The notes beneath the pieces are model-generated. The model ran no database searches. It had not been told where the DNA came from and saw only the letters and a program-made list of their open reading frames with translations. DNA of 64,000 nucleotides from Camelus dromedarius (taxonomy: Eukaryota): assembly GCF_036321535.1 (NCBI RefSeq), contig NC_087437.1, forward strand, positions 81,842,001 to 81,906,000. Reading direction: 5' to 3'. The translations under genes and the position numbers were made by a program. This document shows positions 1 to 12,530 of this stretch, piece after piece; the first letter of the stretch is position 1; every line of letters begins with the position of its first letter.

Positions 1-644
1 TGCACACGCTACTTAAAAAGCCTGTCTGAATCTTCCTCAGTTATGCACTGAGGATCATCTTCTCCAGATTACTAAGGAACAATGAAATCTTACTTTAAAC
101 AAATGCCTAATGAAACTGGTATTTATATTATACATACTATTTCTGTAGAGAGGTATCTTTCCCTTCAGAGGTAAGTATCAAGAACACCATTCAGTCATAG
201 AATACTATATAAAGAATCATAATGAAAAATGCTTAATTCCACTCCATTAAACTAAAGCATGATTATTTTTGAAATGTTTCCTGCTCCATATGTTTTTTGG
301 TTGACATAAGTCTTTGACCTATAGGTGAACGCAGAAAAATCTTCATATCTTCATCTCCTCTTTAAGGCTTTTAATTAAGTTAGTTCATTATTTCTATAAA
401 GTTAGTAAAACTAAAAAGAAATTAAATTTTTGAGAACTTAGCCATTATTATGTAGGAAAGAATTGGAAAGCCATTTAAGTTTCCTGGATGGTTTAGCTCG
501 TGGGTATGAAGTAGTATGAGGAAAATGCAAGTGAAGCCCAATAAATAAAATAATTCCTGTAGGGCAAATACAGTCAAAGAATTGGAAAGCAAATCAATAA
601 AATTACTAAATTTCTTTAAGCCACTGGAAACAAAGGCTAGATAT

Positions 645-1029
645 TGGAATGTATTAAAACAGGATAAGGCATTCCAAGCGTTGGATAAATGGGCCCCTAG
701 ATAGTTAAGATGCATATCTCAGGAAGAATTTCAATTACCCTAGATTTTTGCATCTTCCCATACAATTGAAAAGCACTAAAATCATCAACCTGAGATATCT
801 GTTCTTTGTGATTAGCAGGAGTCTTTTTACCAAAATATATGCTTAACTACACGTTTTTCCTAGCCAAAAAAATTCATGTATACACATGTATACACTCCTC
901 CCCTACTTCTTTGGAGCAGTTTACTCTGAGCTTCTGAGTGGCTGTTTCCCAGGCTATAGTCCTCAGTAAGACTGTGCATAAAACTTAAACTCACAACTCT
1001 CATGATATGTGTCTTTCTTAAAGCTGACA
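645..1029 (+). mobile_element. ERV1-type solo LTR (cetartiodactyl family; left boundary uncertain)
   Basis: Body gatagttaagatgcatatctc...gcatcttcccatac...ggagcagttt...caggctatagtcctcagtaag...cataaaac...aagctgaCA resembles ERV1 LTRs recalled from cetartiodactyls. TG..CA ends, with imperfect 4-bp flanks atat (641-644) / atac (1030-1033). Confidence 0.65.
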
Positions 1030-1814
1030 ATACCTAATGTTAATTATATTAGATAAATATTTAATCTGGGGTACAGAAAACGGATAAAACAGTCCTTGGT
1101 GGTGCTTCCTAATACTGATGCTTCCCAGAGCAGAGGTGGGAAACTTCCTTATTTCATCATGGATTGCGTTCTTTCTGGAGAGTGTCAACCATGATTGATT
1201 TATACACATGTAAACAGTGACTTTATTGGTGCTGTTAAAAAAATTTCTGAGTCAGAGGCCGAAACATTTTAAAAGTAAAACAAATTTTATAAAGTTTAAA
1301 TGACAAAAGGTAAAAAAAAAGAGATCATTTAATAATTACTACTTGGAAAAAAGAAACTGGTCCTACATTGTCATGAATTAAGGAATTTTAAAAGCAGATG
1401 GAGAAGAGAGAGAAAAATAGGAAGAAAAAGAAATTCCAGGGCAAAAAGGACATCAAGTCAGGATTAGAAAAACAGGAGACTCGTGGGAGCAGTGAAGAGG
1501 GAAAGAGGAGATAAAACACTACAGAGGAGGAGAGAAAGGGAAGAACAAGAACTTGATGTCCACATAAGACTGGGAAAATTGGTATGTTCCAACAGCCTTG
1601 AAAATGTAATAAGCATTTTCTCGGCAATTTATCACGAATTATCAAGGTATAAAATATTTACTTTCCACCAGTGTTAATGTTTTGGATATGTGTAAGGGAA
1701 TGATTTAGGTTTCAGAAATTTATTTTAAAACCAGAAAGGTATCTGCCTGCCTGTGTATAAGCTATGCCCTGATATATTTCCTTTAATAATAAGAACTTAC
1801 TCCACTGCATTATT

Positions 1815-1952
1815 TTTTTTGAGGTGGGGAAGTAATTAGGTTTGTTTGTTTGTTCTTTTTTGTTTGTTTACTTAATGGAGGTACTGGAGATTGAACCCAG
1901 GGCCTTGTGTATGCTAAGCATGCACTCTACCACTGAGCTATACCCTCCCTGT
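1815..1952 (-). mobile_element. Camelid tRNA-derived SINE (vic-1 type)
   Basis: Reverse strand reads gggagggtatagctcagtggtagagtgcatgcttagcat...ctgggttcaatctccagtacctcc (A and B boxes) plus an A-rich tail. TSD tccactgcattattttt at 1801-1817 and 1953-1969. Confidence 0.9.
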
Positions 1953-2204
1953 TCCACTGCATTATTTTTAATTAGGAGGGCCATCACCCCTTAATGAGAT
2001 GTCTTCATTCCATAATATCTAAAGGCTATACTGGAAACCTATATAAATTTCAGATATGAAACTATTTTTTCCATATCAAATCAAGCTTTAGATTTAGTTA
2101 AGTGGTGTTCAGGGAACACATATAATGAGAACCTCTCCTCTTCAGTGCCTCCTCCATCCCAACAAGCTCTTGAATTATGCTTTAAAAATGTACAGAAGTA
2201 CTTG

Positions 2205-2620
2205 CAAAATAGTATAGCTCCTTTGGAAAACAGTAGGCAGCTCCTTATAAAATGTTAGACAGATATTTACAATAAAGTGAAGTAATCTTACTCCTAGATA
2301 AACACCTCAGAGAGGTAAAAGGTACATTTACTTAAAAACCTGTCCATAAGCATTTTTTAGTGGTTTTATTCATAATTACCCCAAACAGAAAATAATCCAA
2401 ATGTCCTTCAGATGGTGAGTGGATAAGCAAACCGTGGTATTTCTGTATGATGGAATATTACCAAGTGGTAAAAAGGAACAAACTATTGGTACACACAACA
2501 ACCTGGATGAATCTCAAGCACATTATGAAAGAAACCAGATTAAAAATGCTGATTGTAGTCATGTGAAATTAGAGGAATAGAAAACAAAGTGGTTGCTAGG
2601 GATTGAAGGAGGTGGTTGAT
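2205..2620 (+). mobile_element. Old L1M (L1MC/L1ME-like) ORF2-end/3'UTR fragment
   Basis: Degenerate L1 motifs ctttggaaaacagt, ttattcataattacccc, aatccaaatgtccttca, gatggaatatta, caacctggatgaatctca. Confidence 0.8.
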
Positions 2621-4088
2621 TAAAATGGGTTACCCATTGCTCCCAACTCTCCAGTGAGTTTATTAAATATTTTAAGAGATTCTACACTAAATGGTTGTAA
2701 TGATCCATAGGAATAGACATCGTATTTTGGTCTATAGCCTTGTTGGCAATACATTAGAATTTTTAAATAAAAGTATTTAAATTGAAAAAGTACTGAGTGT
2801 GTCAATTAGGGGTCAGGTACTGTTATTAAATAGTAAAAATACCGACATGAATAGGATTTGTTTCGGGACTTCTACAGTGTTAGGACTAGAAGGGGATGCA
2901 CAAATAGGGAAGCTGAGTCAAAGCTATTTCTCACTAGCAGCACTTGAAATGATACAATGAATGTTGTTGATGTCAAACAAGCACACACGACTTTGTGGCT
3001 TTTCTGTCCCTTTCATTTGTGGTGCTGACAATGACTCTGAACTGCTCTGCTAATCAGCTCAACAGGTTAACTACTTGAGACTGAATAAAATAAAGCAGCC
3101 TGTGGCAGGTTAAAGGTTTCCTATCACCGCCAGTAAAGAAATCTAACTAGACTATGTGCTTTATGCAGGTTTGCTGCAGAAAGGTACATGTTTATTTCAT
3201 TAAAAGTTATTTTATTACCTGAGGGAAACCAAATGTCAAGTTTAGCGCTCTAACACGAATCATATTTTATCCAAATGCAGATGTACTTTTGAACTACAGT
3301 AGTCATTTGATTAACTTGTCCAATGACTAAACTCATGACCTTCTACATTAAATGTAGTGATCTTTATGCCAAAGAATCTAACCCGGAGCTAAGTTATCCA
3401 TTAAAATACAACTTGGGAGTATGTTACTCTTCATGAAAAAATAACCTCCTCCATTCCTGCTAGTGGAGGTCTCCAGAGGAACACAGAATAAATAAGAGAC
3501 ATGTGTAATTTCTCTTATTCGGCCACTTAGGAAGGGGGTCGTCAACATGCATGGCTCTCATTCTCAGGGGACAGACAAAAATGACAGAACACGGAGGTGG
3601 CTGAAGAGTACTTCAGAAACATTTCAGTGGGAGGAAAGGTACTTAGCTCCCTCACAAGAGCTGGAAAACCTATGTCTGAGGATGTTATTTGCCCACATCT
3701 TAGAGCTGTGCTGACAATAGACAGGTCCATGGAGGGGCAAGGTGATATGAGAGGAAGGAATAGGAACATTTTTGCTTCTGAGACAAAGGGGAAAGAAACT
3801 TTGGACTGACATATAATTTTGAGAAATTACAAATGCATAGAAAAAGCATAGCCCCAAATGGGCAACATATATATGGAAAGACTGTTATATAGTAAAACTC
3901 AGTCATTTTTCCCTAAATGAGGAAACATAGTAAGAAATGAATTCATAAAGGGAAGACATGACATCTTCCATTTTGGTGTGAAATACTGACACCAGCCATC
4001 CTCGTGTGAAATACTCTCATTAATTTATAGTCACACCAAGTACTACAATAAGCTGTCCAAAAATATATCAGCATTCTCTTTAGGCACA

Positions 4089-4256
4089 CAGTTATCAAAT
4101 CTGCCTGCACAGTAGAATCACCTCCAACACCTAAAACAATTCAATCACCAGTGGTTCTAATTCCATTGATCAGGATTAAATACATTGTGTCCAAGTATCA
4201 ATAGTTTTAAAAGTTCCTCTTGTGATCCAGTAGTCAGGGCCATGAACCACACTGCT
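4089..4256. mobile_element. MER5-family hAT MITE remnant
   Basis: cagttatcaaa...gcacagtagaatcacct...ttttaaaagttcc...gtgatcc...gaaccacactg. Confidence 0.5.
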
Positions 4257-5629
4257 TTAGGGGATACGATTTGGTTAGGAAGGTCAGCTGAGACCTTCAA
4301 CCATACATACATATTTAAAAGTGTGCTACAATTCAACAAACTTGACAGAAAAATCTGAAGATAAAGAAATGGACAGGTAATGAGCTTCTACATTATGAAA
4401 TCATTCCTGGATTCATTCTTTAAAAGTGGTCCTTTAAACAATGGCTACTTCATAATGCACTGACTAGGTGCTAAGCTGGAGTTAATTGAGGGTAGGTATT
4501 TTAGCAGCCATATTCCAGCCAGGCTGGCAAAATGGAAGATATAGCACCTCTAAGATTATCATGACCAACTAAAAATATGACTTGATTTATAAATATTGTT
4601 TTCATCTGACTTTTTAAGAATACATCTAAGTGGAAAATGTGAGGTCTACCTTTATATCCATATGCTTGTGTTCATATATAAGTGATGATTTCTCTAACTT
4701 ACGATTTTTATGATCAAATCCCTTGTATAGAGAGTAAAACCAGCAGTTCCTGTTTATAAAGCTTCCCTGAATAGACATAGCCACCATAAGGTTTTTATTT
4801 CCCATAATATCATATTGTCTTCCAGTTTTTAGTAGATGCCCCCTTTAAATAAATCTTTGAATTTCTGAAAATCTTTACTAACCCTCTTTGAGTTTTTCTA
4901 TGTATCTTAAAGTGGACACAAAATGTGAATTTGCAAGGAATCATGATCAGAACTCATATTTAAGATCATATTAACCAGTTAGGTTGACCTGAGCTTATCA
5001 ATACCTACAAACTTTAAAGAGTGAGCAAGGAAAAAAAAAATCTCTACCCAATGGGGTAGTGAGAAATAGCAGGTGGGGAACTAACAGGGCCTTACAAAAA
5101 TGGGCCATTCAAAAGGTTGGTGTTAAAACTATTTATACATGTGCATGAGATAACAATATGGAGCTTCTGGTTACTCAGTACATGTGCAGAATCTACAAGT
5201 CCAGACATGCAGTGACTGAGGTAGGTCTCACCCCACCAAAGTTTTCCTTTCTGCTGGCATGAAGTAATGAGAGTCTTAACGCAAGCATTATTATCATTAT
5301 TATTTTATGAAAGGAAGGAGTAACACAAATTATTTATGACTTAGTGAAATGAACTTTGCAAACCAGTTGTCAACTTCAGAATACATAATTGTAAGTTTGA
5401 TAATTATGCTCATAATCTTGATACTTTTGTTCAAGAGCTACTGTAGATCATCTATGGCAAGCATCACACCTAAATGTAGACCTCATATTACAAAGAGATA
5501 AAGGAACATGCTTCTAAGCAAATAATATTCTCTTCTTGGTAAAAATCATCTGCTTTTTATGGCATCAGAGACAACAACCATCAAATCAGGCAGGAAAAAA
5601 AAAGTCACAATGATTATGACAGTCTGAAA

Positions 5630-5796
5630 CAATGGTTCTCAAATTTTGGTGTGCATCAGAATTGCCAGGAGAACTGCTAAAATACAGATTTCTAGGTCTC
5701 ATCCCCAGAGTTTCTGGGATTGAGCCCAGAAATTCTCACTTCTTATAAGGAGATGATAACACTGTTGTTCCAGGTTACATACTTTGAGAACTGCTC
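5630..5796. mobile_element. MER5A hAT MITE
   Basis: caatggttctcaaa...tgcatcagaattgccaggag...aaatacagatttctagg...ccccagagtttctg...actttgagaactgct. Confidence 0.75.
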
Positions 5797-7087
5797 ATCC
5801 AAAATGATCCTTTTGCAATTAACTAGTTGGTTAAGATTTAAAAAGGTAGCTGCAGGTTCAAGCACTTCTGAGATTCAGTAAAAATTCTTTCCTTGAATCA
5901 TTTTCTAGACAGCTTTGATCTTGTTAAGTACTGACTGCCAACATGTCTGACCCTGAACAATAAAACCCACATAGAATTTTGTACAGTTTTAAATTGCTGC
6001 TAAAGAATTGTAATTTCATAATATAGCCAGTCAAATGTATACATTCTAAATTACTAGATTAAGCTTGAACTTTTCTAAACATTAAATAAAACCACAAGGG
6101 CAAGAGTTCTCCATTTATTCTTCTTTCAAAACCACAGGCAAGCTAATTCTACAGATTGTGGAATGTAGGATAGGTCATTCTCACAAAATAAACCCCAAAC
6201 TAGGTAGTGTCTTAAGTCAACAAGGGGAAGTCTTTGACTATCATGCTGACAAGCAGATTCTGTGACATTTATGGACCTCACAGAAACAGAAGCATGTAAC
6301 AGTAAATTTAAGCAAGGGTATTAAAAAAATGGGTGTGTTTGTGTGATGTCTGTAAAGTTTCCCTAAAGAAAATTTGTTGGAGCTTGACTGTAACTAAAAA
6401 GTGGCTACCCTGGGGGTCTCTGTTTCCAGAGCTGCATTCTTCTGACCAGAAACATGGATGCCATGCTGCTGTTAAGGGCCTTCATAGCTGGCTCACATTT
6501 CACCCAGATATTATGGGCCACCTTCTTCAAGACATTTCTGGAAATGAATAATATTTTGCTGATAGAAGAGAATAAGAACTATTAACTAATAACTACAGGC
6601 TTAAGCTGTATTAATGAATGGGTTTTCCCATTTATAATGTTAAAAAAATTTCTCCCTAACTACAGAAGAGCTCCTTTAAGTTTTTGCTATACTGTATTTA
6701 TAAATTCTTGCCTATGAGTTATATAAGTACTAAGTTATATTCACTTTTTACATGAGCAGTTTCAGTAGTTTAAACAGAAATGATTCTATTTTATGAATTC
6801 TATGTGGCATACTTTATTCTATGTTACAGGGCTCTTTACTGTAACAATCATGTTCTTGGCTTGTTACAAACAACATAATGAAGAATCAAGAGGCTCTTGT
6901 ATTTTGCGACTCTATTGTTAAGATTCAGTGCAATGAAAAAAGTCTAGAAGCATGTCATCTTTGTGTAATTATACTTTCAGGATATTACGTAGTACTTTTT
7001 TGAAGGAGAGGGAATATAAGAAGATATTGGCACAGTTCTTTTTCAGATAGCCTTAGGTCTAAATATGCCATGCCTCATACTCTAGGA

Positions 7088-7299
7088 CAGTGGTTCTCAA
7101 TTGGAGGTGATTTTGTCCCTAGCAGACATTTGGCAATATCTGGAAACATTTTTAATTGTCACAATGGGAGGGTACTACTCATATCTGGTGGGTAGAAGCC
7201 AGGGATGTAGTTAAACATCCTACAATGTACAGGACAAACCCCCACAACTGAGATATATCCAGCAGAAAACATCAACAGTGCTGCTGCTAAGAAACCCTG
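7088..7299. mobile_element. MER20 hAT-Charlie element, near full length
   Basis: Ends cagtggttctcaa / aagaaaccctg, internal gacatttggcaatatctgga and aaacatcctacaatg. 8-bp flanks ctctagga / ctctaaaa. Confidence 0.9.
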
Positions 7300-8596
7300 C
7301 TCTAAAACAACTAAGAGAAGATATTAATAATAAAAAGACATGATGTATTATAGCAACATAGCCAGCTTGACCATCCTGGTAAACATTCTATTATTTTCTT
7401 ACATTAATGTACATAATAAGTTCACTTCCTAGAGAACTTTTATTGACAGTCACACTAATAACATCAAACTACATTGGCATGTAGGCTTCAAGGATGCAAC
7501 AATTAGGCTGCAGAGGCCAAGCTACAAGGAAATCTCAGCCCCAAACCAAGGAGCTGTTAATCCCTAAGCTACCCACAGAAAGATCTTTCTACACACATAT
7601 TATTGAAGATAAGGGGTGCCAAGTACTCTTTTAAAAAGAGGCCGACATTGAGAGATAAGATTAGTCTGAGCAAGCCACTGGGCTTTCAAAGAATACTGTT
7701 AGGTTTCCAAGGACATAAATTAACCATCAGCATATCTGCTGGATGACAATAAAAGCTTATATGTAACCTGTTTTATATGAAAAGCGATCCACTGTTCTTT
7801 ATCATTATTGCTGAGAAAAAATAGAAAGTCTTCTTTAACTGCATCAATGTGAATTAAGATTAAGTAGAAGACAGGCATAGATCATGAAAAATGTCACATT
7901 GTAAATTATACTAAAGAATCTTCATCTCTTGAAAATGTTAAGAGCGGAAGAAGGACTCTCGGGACAGTTTAGGTAAGATCCATCTTGAGAAAGGACTAAG
8001 GAAGTAGTCTGGAGTCCCACAACCTGTTTTCGAAAACTAGGGAGCATCAAATAAATGAGGAGCTAGAATATCAGCACGATTAATGAATTCAACATTGGCC
8101 GTTGACAGTACCTAACCAATGCCTTCCACACACAAGATGCTCAAGTGACATTTCTTGAATAAATAAATGAAGAATGACAGAAATATGTGAGTCTATCCTT
8201 TGTAAACAGACCTAAAAATCAGTCTGTATTCTAAACTCTAAACTGTATTCTAAACTTTCAGTATGAGCCAGTTTCATGTGGATTAGTTTGGTAACCATGG
8301 TAGGAGAGCATACAGATGTATCCCAAAATAGGACCAAGCAAGAAAAATCAGTCCATGCCTTATTTGGGTAATAACTGGTGAAAAATGATACCATTCCTTA
8401 TCTATTCTCACAGACTTTCCAGCTGCAATGCAAATAAACAATTAGCTGATTTTGCCCAAGAAATGACACCAGTTCTAATTATTCATAAACCCATGTCTTC
8501 CTGACATCTCAACTGCTTCTTGACAGGGAAAGGCATCTATCTTTCAAACCTCATCCAGTTTCAGCCTTTCTAGAATTAGTAGGAAGAAATTTAAGA

Positions 8597-8800
8597 TGGA
8601 TTTCTCAAAATGTGGTGCACAGATTAATCCTATCTGCATTATCCTCAGTACTAAATTTATATTTCTGGGCCCCACCTCTCACCATAGAATTGGGATTATC
8701 CAGGGGTCCCTCTAGGAATTTGCATTTTAACATGTTCCCTAGTGATTGTTATGAAACCCCCTATAAAAGGATAATCAGCTTAGGGAGAGTTAGAACCCTA
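8597..8800. mobile_element. MER5-family remnant
   Basis: tttctcaaaatgtgg...tctgggccccacc...ggaatttgcattttaacatgttccctagtgatt. Confidence 0.55.
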
Positions 8801-9584
8801 GAGTCATAAAAATATTTTTTTTTCCCCTCTAAGCTAGCTTATAAGAGCTTTAAGAATAGTGGCTAACTTATTTCAGCAGAAGGATGGAGTAAACGTTAAA
8901 AAAGACTGTGGAAGAGTCAAAGTTGAGACTATTAATTTTTTAATGCAATTTCTCACATTTGTTCCATCTGCTCCAAGCTTCTACTCTGTTTTTCAACATA
9001 TCAAGGGACTCTTTGATGGAGATTACATTATACCATACAGAGGTTTATCACACTTGCAATAAAATGGGGAAAAAAAAAGCCACATCCATATCCATTTTAT
9101 TCTGTGTGAGTTCTTTTTAAATAATGAGGATATCAAACCTTGAGTTTTTCTTTTTCTTTCTTTCTTTCTTTTTTTTTTTTTAAGGTTACTATAAGAGTAT
9201 GAGCCAGAGAAGTTGCAAAATAGCAGTAATCTCACTCTGAGCTTCATCAGAGAATATATATGTGTTGAAATATGAATATAGCTAGCTAATATTTTGGGAA
9301 GTCACATAATCTCATATAAAATAGTAGAACCCCCAAATGAAGAGAAAATCAGAAAAATTTGGAAGACTCATTTCCACACTCTTATAAAAGAGTTTTAATG
9401 ACCAGAAGTGACATTGGCTGTATCTATTCAAAAATTTAAAAAATCTACCTTGCTGATATGATAAAATATTTATTTCTTGTCACTTTTCATGAACCACAAA
9501 ATAAATTATTCTAGAAAGTGACAACATAAATATCAGCTCAAATGCAACCGAAGACATAAAGAACTTCAAACGCAATAGTTATAC

Positions 9585-10130
9585 AATCAGTCAGTCAACA
9601 ACAAGTATTTACTAAGCAACCATATGGTAAATTAAAGATGGCCACAAATTCTTTGCCATTCATCCTATCAAGAGGTGTTGGCTATTTTCTTTCCCCTTGG
9701 ATCTAGACTCGATGTATAACTGCTCTGACCAACAGAAAGTATCAGAAACAACCCTCAGCCCTTTCTGGCTGTAAGTTAGCTTTAAATTGGCTTTGAGCTT
9801 TCACTTTTGCACCCCTGGAGGCCAGTCACCATGCTATGAAGAAGTCTGCTCTCTATCTGAGAAGACCCTGGAGAGAGGCCTTGGAGGATGAGGGTCATTT
9901 TCTGTTTCAGCCTCAGCCGAACTCTCAGCTGAATCTGCTACAAGAGACCACAGACACACCATGTGGAGAAGAGCCACTTAGCTAAACCCAGTCAACAAAT
10001 TAGAAATTGCTTTTTTAAACCACTTGGAGTGGTTGGCTATGCAGCAATAGAGAACTGAAACAACCATTATGTACTACATTAGTCACTGTTCTAAGTCTTG
10101 AAACTAAAACAGAAAAATGTAGACAAAGTT
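9585..10130 (-). mobile_element. L2 3' end (interrupted by an MLT1 LTR)
   Basis: tcagtcaacaacaagtatttactaagcaac before the LTR continues after it as attatgtact...cactgttctaagtc...gtagacaaag, which is the reverse complement of the L2 tail. Confidence 0.55.
9623..10062 (+). mobile_element. MaLR solo LTR (MLT1G/H-like)
   Basis: Starts tatggtaaattaaagatggccacaaattctttg and ends aaaccacttggagtggttggctatgcagcaatagagaactgaaaca. acca is present on both flanks. Confidence 0.85.
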
Positions 10131-10427
10131 TCTATATTTGCTCTGGATTAATCAACTGCTAGCTAAAATACAAACAGGGTGATATTAAAGGTTGTATTTC
10201 TGGTGAACATTTAATTTCTCTCCAATATATTTTGAGACATGAAAATTTCATGTATGTTCTCTTTCTTTAGTTGTTCCAACTGAGAAGTGGGACTAAATAC
10301 ATTAACACCAATACAATGTTTGGGTTCTAAATTACTGAGATGAAATTAGCAAACCAGTATTTATTAGTATCCTTAAAAAAGCCCATTTCTAAGTTATAAA
10401 TAGAATAACTCAATACTGCTAGTATAA

Positions 10428-10617
10428 TTAATAATCTTTTAGCTGGCCATTATACTACTAACATTTTATTTACATTTAGAGTCTGAATAAATGAAACCAG
10501 GTTTCCCCAAGTTCTATTTTAATAATCTTTTAGCTGGCCATTATACTACTAACATTTTATTAACATTTAGAGTCTGAATAAATGAAACCAGGTTTCCCCA
10601 ACTTCTATTTTAATAAT
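10428..10617. repeat. 91-bp tandem duplication
   Basis: Copies at 10428-10518 and 10519-10609 differ at 2 positions. ttaataat recurs at 10610-10617. Confidence 0.95.
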
Positions 10618-12249
10618 TCCTTACTATTTTAAAAAAACCCACATTATTCTTAATAAACTTATTTTATTCTGTGTTATTTACATATCAAGCTAAGTTTTGG
10701 GAATAAAGGTTATCTTGTAATTCATCTACCTGGAATGTTATTCTCCCTCTCCATTTGCCTAAATCCTCCTTATCTTAAATACAAACTGCCTTGTATTAAC
10801 TTTTTATGCTTTAAACTCCTTGAAAGCTGAAATGAATCCAGCCATAGTCCAGTAGCGAAACACCTACTTCTTTAACTGCTTTCAATTTTTGAGTCTGATT
10901 GCTGTCCTGCACTCTAGCAATGTACAAACATTTCTGCTTCTCAGACTGTAAAAGAAAGACAATTTTGGTAATTTCCTCAGGGACTGCTTCTTAAAAAAAT
11001 ATCATATATCACTGTGTGGGAGCTCACAGGATAATGGCAGAGTCTCTGCACGATGGTGTGCTGCCACTTGCTCCTGTGAACCTATTAATCTATGAACGCC
11101 GTATGAATGTCTGGTTTTCCAAGGTCTTCGCACGTCAAATAAGAGCTATCCCAGCATCCACTCTTCTTTCAAAGAACCCAAATTTCAAAACACAGCCGTC
11201 TGTGATGTTGGGATACCTAACCAGAATTTATAGACAAGTTTATGTAAGGATACCCTAGCCAGCCTTGTACTGAGACACCTATGTAAGTGAGACTTTGATT
11301 TCTCATTTGGAACAGCAAAGTGTCTTCTAGGAAGAGGCATCTCCTGTCTGAACTGTAATCTGAAAAATGTGCTTTGTATTTTACCTTAACTGTAGAGGAC
11401 ACAATGCTGGGCAAGAAACAACAGCAGAGTTGTAAAACACTAAGTCTGTACAATGACCAGGCTGCATAATGGTCTCATTAATAACTTTATTAGTGGCCTG
11501 GAAGCTTGAGTGAACATTACATTAGTAAGTTCCACAGATGGCACTAAATGTGGAGATGGTAGGGGAGACAGAGGTGAGGCCAAACAATATTAATGGATCT
11601 GTGGAGACTACAAATATGAGAGTAAAGTACACCATGAGTTCAGTCTGGCAAAATTCAATGAAGTACAAGCATCCAGGAAAATGTAACTCAGAAGACAGAC
11701 ATTCATTTGGTAGATAGAACCTCAAATGCATGTCAAGAGCAACTAGATAGTTACTGTAACCCACAGAACAGATATTGTAACTCACAGAATAGATGGGATT
11801 TTGCTATGTAACAGAAATAGCAAAGGATAAAGTTTATGTCAAGCTGCCCATCAGAGGGCCTCAGCAACTGCTGACGGTGGTTTTAAAAAGAACGGTTAGT
11901 AAAAAGAACTCAGTTCTTGGGTAAAGAGTGTGAGCACCTTGACTTCTGCTTTTCTTTAAACAATCTTTCAGGAAGATGAAAAGCACCTGAGAGATCTTTA
12001 GAGGGGATTTAAAAAAAAAAAAAACAGAAATAGGTATATGATGAGGGATTAAAGAAATGAGATAGAAAAAACTCTGCCAAGCAATGACAAAAAGAGGTAT
12101 TAACTTTGATCAAAAGTACTGCTTACATTTTAAAGGTTTTTCAGGCAAGATAATTAACAAATATATTTTTTAGTTATACATATGGGAGATGAAAAAGTGA
12201 ATTTATCAATCCTGCACAAAAGCCATGTAACTGAAAGAAGACCTAGGAT

Positions 12250-12530
12250 CACAGAATTTTAAAGAAGAAAAATAAGAGATGATCTAGTTCAGGGTCTTCA
12301 GAATGAGGTCTGAGGGCCACCTAACTGAGAACTATCTGGAGAACTTGTTTAAAGTGAAGATTTCTCAGCTCCTACTCAGCCCTCCTGGATCCTAATACCC
12401 AAGGGGGTTGGTCTGAGAAGCTTGCAGAGTTTAAGGGCCTCTTCCTATTCATAAGGAAATACAGAGGCCCAGAGAGGTAAGCTGCCCAAGGTCAGGCACC
12501 AGTTAGTCCCAGGCTGTTACCATCACCCTA
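12250..12530. mobile_element. MIR-type fragment with embedded MER5-like remnant
   Basis: gagatgatctagttca; cagggtcttcagaatgaggtc...ggagaacttgtttaaagtgaagatttc; agaggcccagagaggtaagctgcccaaggtca (MIR core). Confidence 0.5.

Noticed and set aside
457..590. 15-bp direct repeat aaagaattggaaagc (457-471, 576-590), and an alternative LTR start at 558
   Set aside because: No element structure between the copies. The LTR-like sequence is only recognisable from about 645.
1876..1950. tRNA-like A/B boxes (also 16025-16091 and 30630-30692)
   Set aside because: These are SINE heads with tails/TSDs or internal deletions, not intact tRNA genes.
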